Assembly (NCBI GenBank): GCA_963747605.1
Contig: CAVVGA010000012.1
Coordinates: forward strand, 119,471 to 183,470
Length of the DNA: 64,000 bases
From: an uncultured Acidobacteriota bacterium
GTDB lineage: Bacteria > Acidobacteriota > Terriglobia > Acidiferrales > UBA7541
Reading direction: 5' to 3'
A program made the translations under genes and the position numbers. Positions within the stretch are counted from its first letter, which is position 1. Each line of letters starts with the position of its first letter. Of the stretch, positions 57,059 to 64,000 are shown one piece after another. The notes below the pieces were generated by a model, which was given only the letters and a program-made list of their open reading frames with translations, had not been told where the DNA came from and made no database searches.

Positions 57059-58573
57059 ATTTGCTATGACGCGGCGATTCGGAGTTTTGCGCGCGGTTTC
57101 CAGCGCGATCGCCAGATCCTGCACGCCACGGCGGATTTCTTTTGCGTCAATTGCGGCGAAACCCAACTGTAATCCCGTTGCTGCGGCGTTTCCCTGGGTG
57201 TAGATGCCGAGCGGGGTGACTTCTACGTTTCGTTTTGCGGCTGCAGCTGCTGCGGACTCGCCGATCACGCCACGCGTTAACCAGCCTACCGTTTGCAAGC
57301 CTGCCTCAACTCCTGAAATCTCCAGCAATCCCGCGAGATTTTGTTTCGCGCAGTGTAACAGGACGCTCAGGCGCTCGGCGTAAACTTGCCTCATGCGGCG
57401 CAGGTGCCGGCCGAAGTGCCCTGCGGTGATGAAATCGCACAGGACGGCTTGTTCCATGAGCGGCGCGTGGCGACGGGTGATGGAGAGCGTGGCGGTAACC
57501 CGGTCTGTAAGGTTGTTTGGGAGCACCAGGTATCCGAGTCGGAGGGAGGGGAAGAGAACTTTGCTGAAGCTACCGGTGAACAGGACCAGGCCGTGGTGAT
57601 CGAGTCCTTGCAGTGCGGGGACGGGGCGTCCGGCGTAGCGGAATTCGCTGTCGTAATCGTCTTCCAGAATCAGCGTACCGGATTGGCGGGCGGATTCGAG
57701 TAATTGGAGGCGGCGCGCGAGGCTCATGGTGATTCCAAGGGGAAATTGGTGGCCGGGAGTGACGTACACGAGACGCGCATTGCGGAGGGTGGCGACGCGT
57801 AGCTTGATGCCCTCGTCGTCGAGGGGAACATACGATATTTTCGCGCCGAGGGATTGGAAGACGGTGGCTGCGCCGATGTATCCGGGGTTTTCCATGCATA
57901 CGCGATCACCGGGATTTAGAAACAGGCGCGCGACCAGATCGAGGGCTTCTTGCGCGCCGGCGACGATGGCGACTTGATCCGGGGTGCAGTTCACGCCGCG
58001 CGAGGTGTTCAGATAGTCGGAGACGGCTTGGCGGAGGGGCAAGTAGCCGAGCGGGTCGCAACCCATGAGGAAATTCGTAGAGACTTTGCGCAGGCGGCGG
58101 GCGGCGACTTGCGCCCATAGCGTGGTAGGGAAGAGATCGAGGGCGGGAAGGTTGGGGCGGAAGGCGCACGTGGGGCGGGGCGCGAAATTTGGGAAAAGGC
58201 GGACGCGTTGGGCGTAGACCGAAAATTTCCGTGGCTGGTTTCGCCGCAGTTGTTGTTGCGGCGGCAGTGGCCGGTGGATGGTGTTTCGCACCTGGAGCAG
58301 TTCGTCGGGCAGGGTGTTGCTGACGTACGTGCCGGAACCCATGCGGGCCTGGACGTAACCTTCGGATTTAAGTTGCTCGATGGCGTTGACAATGGTGCCG
58401 CGCGAAAGGCGGTATTGGCGGGCGAGATCGCGCGTGGCGGGCAGGCGAGCGGAGGGGTGCAGACGGCCCTCTAGGATGGCGGCGCGCAGTGCAGCGTAGA
58501 GCCAGCGGTAGGCGGGGACTGCGGAATCCTTTGCGGGAAGCGCGAGTTCGAAAGTGCCGGCTCGTTTAGCCAT
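57050..58573 (-). CDS. MocR/PdxR-type regulator (GntR wHTH fused to a PLP aminotransferase-like domain)
   Basis: 507 aa. The N-terminus LPATRDLARQYRLSRGTIVNAIEQLKSEGYV is a GntR HTH. The C-terminus is fold-type I aminotransferase-like and includes the SFSKVLFPSLRLGY Lys motif. Confidence 0.85.
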   Translation of the reverse strand: MAKRAGTFELALPAKDSAVPAYRWLYAALRAAILEGRLHPSARLPATRDLARQYRLSRGTIVNAIEQLKSEGYVQARMGSGTYVSNTLPDELLQVRNTIHRPLPPQQQLRRNQPRKFSVYAQRVRLFPNFAPRPTCAFRPNLPALDLFPTTLWAQVAARRLRKVSTNFLMGCDPLGYLPLRQAVSDYLNTSRGVNCTPDQVAIVAGAQEALDLVARLFLNPGDRVCMENPGYIGAATVFQSLGAKISYVPLDDEGIKLRVATLRNARLVYVTPGHQFPLGITMSLARRLQLLESARQSGTLILEDDYDSEFRYAGRPVPALQGLDHHGLVLFTGSFSKVLFPSLRLGYLVLPNNLTDRVTATLSITRRHAPLMEQAVLCDFITAGHFGRHLRRMRQVYAERLSVLLHCAKQNLAGLLEISGVEAGLQTVGWLTRGVIGESAAAAAAKRNVEVTPLGIYTQGNAAATGLQLGFAAIDAKEIRRGVQDLAIALETARKTPNRRVIANSL

Positions 58574-58600
58574 GCAAGTGGTATAGGAAGAATAGCATAA

Positions 58601-58620
58601 ATGGACCTTGTGGATGGACC
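58601..58620. promoter_or_regulatory. direct repeat ATGGACC-N6-ATGGACC in the MocR/cupin divergent region (candidate MocR operator)
   Basis: ATGGACC at 58601..58607 and 58614..58620. MocR-type regulators are known to use direct repeats. Confidence 0.3.
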
Positions 58621-58623
58621 GCT

Positions 58624-59124
58624 ATGGATTTAAGTTTAGCGCAGCGGGAGGAAGCGATGAGAGCTTACGGAATGGCTGGTAGCAGCGTAGTTGCGGCGCT
58701 GTGTGTGATGGCGGCGGGATTTCTGGGGTGGGATCAAGTGCGCTCTGATACGCAGCATGCGGAGAAGGGTGAGCGAGCGAGAATCGTGCTGGAGCGGGCG
58801 CTGCCGAAAATGGATGGCGAGCATTTGAAGGTAACTTTGGTGGAGGTGAATTATGGGCCCGGTGAGTCGTCGGCGCCGCACAGCCATCCTTGTGCGGTGA
58901 TCGGTTTCGTGGCGGCTGGGTCGCTGCGAACTCAGGTGCGGGGCGAGAAGGAAGCCGTGTACACGGCGGGCGAAAGTTTTTACGAGCCGGCGCATGGGGT
59001 GCATGTGGTGTCTGCGAATGCGAGCCAGACGGAGCCGGCGAAGTTGATTGCGTATTTTGTTTGCGACCAGGATGCGCCGTTGAGCGTGGCCTCGCCGCAG
59101 GCCGCGGGGCCGGGAGGGAAGTGA
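58624..59124 (+). CDS. cupin-domain protein
   Basis: 166 aa. GESSAPHSHPCAVIGFVAAG...GESFYEPAHGVH is the two-motif cupin signature. An alternative start is M12 at 58657. Confidence 0.75.
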   Translation: MDLSLAQREEAMRAYGMAGSSVVAALCVMAAGFLGWDQVRSDTQHAEKGERARIVLERALPKMDGEHLKVTLVEVNYGPGESSAPHSHPCAVIGFVAAGSLRTQVRGEKEAVYTAGESFYEPAHGVHVVSANASQTEPAKLIAYFVCDQDAPLSVASPQAAGPGGK

Positions 59125-59126
59125 TC

Positions 59127-59603
59127 ATGCCAGAGCGAACGTTTGAGGCGAACGATCAGGCGCGCGGGGCTGCGGTGACCGGGCGCACGGTGAATTGGGA
59201 ACGGTGGGGGATCATGTATGCGCGCTTGGCGCTGGGCGCCGCATTTTTATCGGGGATTGCCGACCGTTTCGGGTTGTACACGGGGCGGAACGTGGGGTAC
59301 GGAAACTTTGCGGGGTTCGTGGATTACACGGCGAAAGTAAATTCGTTCATGCCGGCGGTTACGATTCCGTTTCTGGCGTGGGCGGCGACGGCCGCGGAGT
59401 TGCTTTTGGGGATTGGGTTGATCCTAGGTGTGTGGCCGCGTTGGGTGGCTTTGGGGAGTGCTGTGCTGCTGGCGCTGTTTGGAATTGCGATGGCGATTTC
59501 GTTTGGGATCAAGTCGCCGATGGATTACTCGGTGTTTTCGGCGTCGGCCGGAGCGGTTTTGTTGGCGATCTATTCGGATCGCAAGGCTGTGACGCGAGCA
59601 TGA
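59127..59603 (+). CDS. DoxX-like membrane protein
   Basis: 158 aa from the ATG at 59127, with four hydrophobic helices (RLALGAAFLSGIADRFG, AAELLLGIGLILGVW). Confidence 0.6.
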   Translation: MPERTFEANDQARGAAVTGRTVNWERWGIMYARLALGAAFLSGIADRFGLYTGRNVGYGNFAGFVDYTAKVNSFMPAVTIPFLAWAATAAELLLGIGLILGVWPRWVALGSAVLLALFGIAMAISFGIKSPMDYSVFSASAGAVLLAIYSDRKAVTRA

Positions 59604-59651
59604 GTCGCCTCAGCGAGAATGTTGATTGTGGATTGGCTTCTAGGAGGATTT

Positions 59652-60122
59652 ATGGAAGCGCGATTTAATTTTATGAAGGCGGCGCCGGGAGTGTACGAAG
59701 CGATGCTGGGACTGGAGAAATATTTGCAGGGGGGCGGATTGGAACAGCGCTTGCTGCATTTGATCAAGCTGCGAGCTTCGCAGGGGAATGGCTGCGCGTA
59801 CTGCCTGGACATGCACTGGAAAGATTTGCAGGCGAGCGGGGAGGACCCGCAGCGGATGTATTCGCTGGATGCGTGGCGCGAATGCCCGTATTACACGGAG
59901 CGCGAACGGGCGGCGCTGGCGTGGACCGAAGCCGTGACGCTGATTACGAATGGTCACGTGCCGGATGCGGTTTACGAGCAAGCGCGCGCGCATTTCAGTG
60001 AGAAGGAAATGTGCGACCTGACTATGGCGGTGGCCGCAATCAACGCGTGGAATCGGCTGGCAATTTCTTCGCGCACGGTTCCGGGCACCTATCATGCGCA
60101 GCCCGCGAAGGCGGCACACTGA
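59652..60122 (+). CDS. carboxymuconolactone decarboxylase/AhpD-like family protein
   Basis: ATG at 59652 preceded by AGGAGG. The CxxC motif is NGCAYCLDMH. The C-terminus has ERERAALAWTEAVT. Confidence 0.85.
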   Translation: MEARFNFMKAAPGVYEAMLGLEKYLQGGGLEQRLLHLIKLRASQGNGCAYCLDMHWKDLQASGEDPQRMYSLDAWRECPYYTERERAALAWTEAVTLITNGHVPDAVYEQARAHFSEKEMCDLTMAVAAINAWNRLAISSRTVPGTYHAQPAKAAH

Positions 60123-60255
60123 CGCAGAGTCCTGTGAGCGGATAATTTCCAACGAAGGACGCGCAGCATTCGTTGCGCGATGAATTTTCGGCTGCAAGAT
60201 TTTGTGGGATGTACGGGTGTGTTCGAGTAGGCAGGTAAATTCAAAGGAGGAAAAT

Positions 60256-60717
60256 ATGCGACGAATTGCACGGATGACCGTTGGGATTTTTGGGTTGGGA
60301 ATGCTGCTGGGGCCGGGGACGGCTTTCGGCCAGGATGAACGAGGGCAAATTCTGAAGGTGCGGGAGAGTGTGTGGCGGGCGTGGTTTGCCAACGATACGA
60401 AGGCGCTGGAGAGGCTGGTGCCGCCGGACACGATCGTGATCAGTTCCGACGAAGCGAAGTGGAAGAACCAGGCGGACATTTTGCGGAGCGCGGCGGAGTT
60501 TCAGGCGGAGGGCGGAAAACTGATCCGGCTGGAATTTCCACGGACGGAAATCCAGCGATTTGGCGACGTGGCGATCATCTGGACTTCGTACTTGGTGGAG
60601 ACGGAAGAAAACGGAAAACGCGTGGTGGTTTCCGGGAGGGCTACGGAGATTTTCGTGCGGCGCAACGGGGAGTGGGTGAATCCGGGCTGGCATACTGATT
60701 CGTTCAAGCCGGAGTGA
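60256..60717 (+). CDS. secreted SnoaL/DUF4440-like (NTF2-fold) protein
   Basis: ATG at 60256 preceded by AAAGGAGG. It has a signal peptide (MTVGIFGLGMLLGPGTAFG) and then the pattern WRAWFANDTKALERLV...EIFVRRNGEW. Confidence 0.65.
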   Translation: MRRIARMTVGIFGLGMLLGPGTAFGQDERGQILKVRESVWRAWFANDTKALERLVPPDTIVISSDEAKWKNQADILRSAAEFQAEGGKLIRLEFPRTEIQRFGDVAIIWTSYLVETEENGKRVVVSGRATEIFVRRNGEWVNPGWHTDSFKPE

Positions 60718-60740
60718 CCGGCGTTGCGGTCTCTAAACCT

Positions 60741-60765
60741 CCACCCTTCAGAAGCCGAAGGGTGG
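60741..60765. terminator. hairpin between convergent genes (possible bidirectional terminator)
   Basis: CCACCCTTC-AGAAGCC-GAAGGGTGG, a 9-bp perfect stem. Confidence 0.4.
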
Positions 60766-60826
60766 GGCACCCGGTCGCGGTGATTCGACTGTAGGTTGAT
60801 TCACGGGAATGCGTTTTGTCGCGGCG

Positions 60827-61625
60827 TTACAACCTCAAGGCTTCGGCGCGCGGGTAGCCGATCAGGTAGGCGATGGGGACATCGCTGGTGGGGTTGGCGC
60901 GTTCGCCCAGTTCCCAGTGGTATTCGGTGGCGGTTAATCTTGCAATGATTTCGCGCAGTTCCTGCGGACGGTAGCTGCGCAGGCAGGAGACGACTCCATC
61001 GAAGAGTAGCACGAACGGAATTATGGGAAGGACGTAGGTGCAGAGCAAGCGCGACCAGCGGAAAGGTCGGATCCAGGGAGTGAAAAGGAAGGGGAGGAGA
61101 GCCCAAAGAAACATGAGCGCGATGGCGGACGGGGCGCGGCGGGTGACTTCGAATATGCCGATGCCTTGGCTTGCATCTACGGCGTTTTGTAGGATGGCGC
61201 GGGCTTCTTCGGGCTGAAAGTGGTGGAAGGAAGTGAACATGGTGCGGAAGCCGCGCAATTCGGGCGGTACTTTGGTGGCGTCCACTGGAGTCGGAATGGA
61301 AGGCGATGTGATTTTGCGAAGCGGCGCTGGCGGATTGGAAGGCGTTGAGGTTCGGATATTTATCGGTGAGCAGAATTTGCAGGTTCGGCTGATAGTTGGC
61401 ATGCAGGCGGGCAGAAAGTTTCAGCCAGGGGCCGCCGCCTCCTGAGCACATGTCGATGATGAGCGGGGCGCGGGTCGCCTCGAGAGCGATTTGCAGTAGC
61501 GGGGCGACGGGGGCGTAGGCGCCGAAGAAATTCATGGCGGATTGGAGAGTGTCGGTAATTTCGTCGCGGAGGAACTTGGGGAACCACGATTGTTCGTGGA
61601 GTTCGATGAGATGTGCGCGGCGCAT
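60827..61625 (-). CDS. class I SAM-dependent methyltransferase-like protein with a hydrophobic C-terminal part, one frameshift
   Basis: ORF 60801..61625 has LIIDMCSGGGGPW (motif I-like). It continues in ORF 60827..61402 (VDATKVPPELRGFRTMFTSFHHF...). The switch is near 61280. Confidence 0.55.
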
Positions 61626-61746
61626 GGGGATTTTATTTGCGGGTATTATGCGGCAACGGTGGCGGATGCGGCAAATAGATTGGCGCGGTAGGTCTTGAGA
61701 TTGCCGCGCGACGAAACCCGCACAGCCAAGAGTGGCTGTGCCACCG

Positions 61747-62870
61747 TTAGTACATGATGGTGCGGGTCAGGTGATGGGGCCAGTCGGTGGTGTGGTAGTG
61801 GGTCCAGATGCGGGCGTCAATTTGGGGAATGATGATTTGAGATGTCGGGTGCGCGGAGCTTGTTGATTTCTTCGGTCAGCAGGGCGGTGGCGTAGATGCA
61901 GTGGGCGCGGATTTCGATTTCCTGGGTGCTGTCGCGCGGGATCAGCTGGTGGGTATTGATCGTTTTTTCGAGCGCGGGGGAGTAGGAAGTGATGCCCATC
62001 AGGCGCAGGCCGACCGGGAACGATGTAGTCGGCGAAGGCGGTCATGGAGTGGATGTCTTCAATTTGGAATTTTCCGGATTTGTGCAGGCTGGAGTAGACG
62101 AACCAGAGGCCTAGCTGCGGAAGTTTGTAGAGTTTGATTTCGTGGCCGTCGTACATGCTGACGTCGTTGAAGCGCGGGAATTCGACGACGAGGCGGTCCA
62201 CCATGCCGTTGCCATGATCGTAGAGGCGCGGTGAACAGGTGCGGATGAAATTGTGGAAGCGGCCGTTGTATTTCGCGGCGAGCAGGGCGCCGGCCTGCCG
62301 CCACAGCTCCATTTTTTCATCGAGCATGGGAATTTCGATATTGCCCGCGAAAATTTTTTCCATTTGCGGGCGGGTAAGCTGGGCGAGATAGCTGCCATCG
62401 AGGATGGGGAAGCCCTGATCCATGGCGCGCTTGATGCAGGCGAATTCGGCTTCGGAATCGGACCAGTGCTGGCCAGCGTAATCCACCTGGAATTTTACAT
62501 GAGTGGTGAAATCGGTGAAGGCAGTGTCTACGACGTCCGCGACCATGATGAAGTCAATGGTTTCGTCGGGGTTGTCCTTGCCGATGCCGAGCGGCAGGTG
62601 ATATTCGGGCATGGGGAGTTCTTCGTAGGCCATCCAGCCGGCGACTTCGACTAATTTGTCCACGTTGGTGTGAACGTCGCGCGAATTTTCGATGACGGGA
62701 GGAAGGCTATCGAGGACGGGACTGCCGATGGGTTTGGGCCAAGGCACCTTTGCACGTGATGGGATCGAGGCGGCAGCTTGCCGGAGGCTTTCGCCTCCGG
62801 CCGCTGCTGCAATCATGGAGCTGGTTGCAGTTTGTAAAAACTGCCTTCGTCCCAGCGGGCCCAAATTCAT
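61747..62870 (-). CDS. DUF2419/QNG1-like queuosine-salvage family protein with a twin-arginine signal, at least two frameshifts
   Basis: The N-terminus GRRQFLQTATSSMIAAAAGG is Tat-like. ENSRDVHTN, MTAFADYIVP, then (frame 61817..61999) SYSPALEKTI...IPRDSTQEIEIRAHCIYATALL, and finally IIPQIDARIWTHYH resemble human QNG1/C9orf64 as I recall it. Confidence 0.7.
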
Positions 62871-62871
62871 T

Positions 62872-64000
62872 TTAGAACACGAACTTGACGCCTGCTTGGA
62901 ACGCGAATGGTGTGCTGCCGGGCGCGATCTCGGTGATGGCGCGGAAGCCGCCTACGCCGATGCGTGGCATGGTGGCGGCGGTGAGCGGCGCGCAAGTGAA
63001 TCCGAGTGGGCCCGGTACGGAGCCAACGAATCCAGGAGTCGGCGCTGGCGAATTGTTCGTACAACCATTCAACGAAATCGTGGCCGTACCTGGGCTATTT
63101 GGATTCGAGTAAACATTGCCGTGGTTGGTGAGGTTGAAGAAATCACCGGACAATATCACGTTCAATTGGTCATGTACGCGGAGGGTCTTTTGTAACCGGG
63201 CATCCCATTCGAAATAACTCGGCTGGTCGAACGGGTAACGCCCTAAGAGAAACGTCTTGCCGGCGGCGTTTGTATAGGTCGGACGATCGTTATTGTGTCC
63301 GAGATCAGAGACTTGGTCGCCGTTGAGGTCTTGGGCGACGTACAGCGGAAATGGCACGCCAGCGTGAGCGATCAGGCTGGAGCTGACTTCGAAGCCCCAG
63401 GGCAATTCGTAGACGCCAGCGGCTTTGAATTGCTGGGTGATGTCCAGACCGTTGCGGCCATAGTCAATCGCCAGGTTGATAGGATCCTGCTGGCCGAAAT
63501 AGGTATCGGTATCGCGCTCGCTCGCGGCATTGTCCTGGTTTTGCGACCATATGTAATTGGCGAACAGCTGGAAATGATTGGAGAAGCGCTTCGTGAGGTT
63601 AACAACGAGCGATTGGTAGTTTCCATGACTAAAACTGGCTGTTTCGTTGTTTGAAATGGGCAGCGTGGAGTCGAGTGGCGTGGGACTGAAGCTAGTGAAC
63701 GTATTCTGGACGCAAGGAGTCTGGCCCGGAACAACGCAGGCGTAATTCGTCCCACCCTGGAGGACGGATCTTCCAAATGGGTCGGTTCCAGTAATGATGT
63801 AATTCCGCTGCCAGGCTTCCTCTGAATCGTAACCGCCAGTCCGCAGATGCGTGGAATGCACGTAGGAGTAGGTCGCCGTCAGCTGCAAGTTATACGGGAG
63901 CGCTTGCTCGATCCCGCCTGTGAAGCTGGAGACGCGCGGATTCTGAAACGCGGGGTCTATATATCCGCCTCCGGACGTGGACGCCGGGCATCCAAACTGC
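62872..64000 (-). CDS. TonB-dependent receptor, C-terminal part (N-terminus beyond the right edge)
   Basis: The frame is open to the window edge. It is beta-barrel-like sequence ending in the terminal aromatic motif AGVKFVF. Its stop lies 1 nt from the start of the DUF2419 gene. Confidence 0.8.
   Translation of the reverse strand, partial: QFGCPASTSGGGYIDPAFQNPRVSSFTGGIEQALPYNLQLTATYSYVHSTHLRTGGYDSEEAWQRNYIITGTDPFGRSVLQGGTNYACVVPGQTPCVQNTFTSFSPTPLDSTLPISNNETASFSHGNYQSLVVNLTKRFSNHFQLFANYIWSQNQDNAASERDTDTYFGQQDPINLAIDYGRNGLDITQQFKAAGVYELPWGFEVSSSLIAHAGVPFPLYVAQDLNGDQVSDLGHNNDRPTYTNAAGKTFLLGRYPFDQPSYFEWDARLQKTLRVHDQLNVILSGDFFNLTNHGNVYSNPNSPGTATISLNGCTNNSPAPTPGFVGSVPGPLGFTCAPLTAATMPRIGVGGFRAITEIAPGSTPFAFQAGVKFVF

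Noticed and set aside
61718-61746. Hairpin GCACAGCCA-AGAG-TGGCTGTGC after the DUF2419 gene, considered as a member of the REP-like family.
   Set aside because: It lacks the GCTACRA tail and shares no stem sequence with the family. It is more simply a gene-end hairpin or weak terminator.
1-64000. Search for CRISPR arrays, rRNA genes, IS/transposase genes, retron/DGR reverse transcriptases and prophage structural genes.
   Set aside because: I saw no regularly spaced direct repeats, no rRNA-like segments, and no DDE/HUH transposase or RT motifs in any frame of the ORF track. The only recombinase is the truncated tyrosine integrase.

Overview
GC-rich bacterial chromosomal window. The gene content (TonB-dependent receptors with carboxypeptidase-regulatory-like N-termini, a 1230-aa TPR/FG-GAP/ASPIC-UnbV protein, several secreted TPR proteins) suggests an Acidobacteriota-like soil organism; this is inference only. 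Layout:

- 1-6.2 kb: a broken TonB-dependent receptor, a TPR protein and ribokinase.
- 6.5-18.7 kb: a ~12 kb mobile-looking insertion. It contains a tyrosine integrase cut by an in-frame TAG and a tRNA-Leu(UAA) gene carrying a 242-nt group I intron. It also holds Phd/VapC, an HNH protein, a multi-TM Sel1 protein, an orphan E1/ThiF-like protein, Fic 'mobile mystery' A/B, DUF3768, SSB and a short HipA-like kinase. It is bracketed by what look like the two ends of an older, intron-less tRNA-Leu(UAA) gene.
- 19.3-25.5 kb: a sugar-acid catabolic operon.
- 25.8-31.7 kb: aldo-keto reductase, MBL hydrolase, MFS transporter and CoA-transferase A/B.
- 31.7-43.7 kb: a tightly coupled nine-gene minus-strand lipid operon plus a convergent CDP-alcohol phosphatidyltransferase. 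The operon encodes a HAD-fatty-acyl-reductase fusion, a thioester-reductase-like SDR, a pyruvyl-transferase-like protein, two adenylating ligases, a free ACP, a crotonase, a lipid kinase and PlsC. I regard this as the most interesting candidate system (a fatty-alcohol/ether-type glycerolipid route).
- 43.8-64 kb: M28 peptidase, the ASPIC giant protein, an amidase, a nucleoside/ribose scavenging cluster, TPR, DUF885, a MocR regulator with a cupin/DoxX/AhpD-like/DUF4440 operon, a methyltransferase, a Tat-signal DUF2419 queuosine-salvage homologue, and a second TonB-dependent receptor.

Many genes are broken by frameshifts that occur in bursts. Two hand-checked breaks fall in 4-nt homopolymers. 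Merged coordinates for those genes are therefore approximate, and the breaks may be consensus errors rather than biology. A REP-like hairpin repeat family is scattered through intergenic regions. I saw no CRISPR array, rRNA or transposase. All product names come from motif recognition by eye; no database search was possible.
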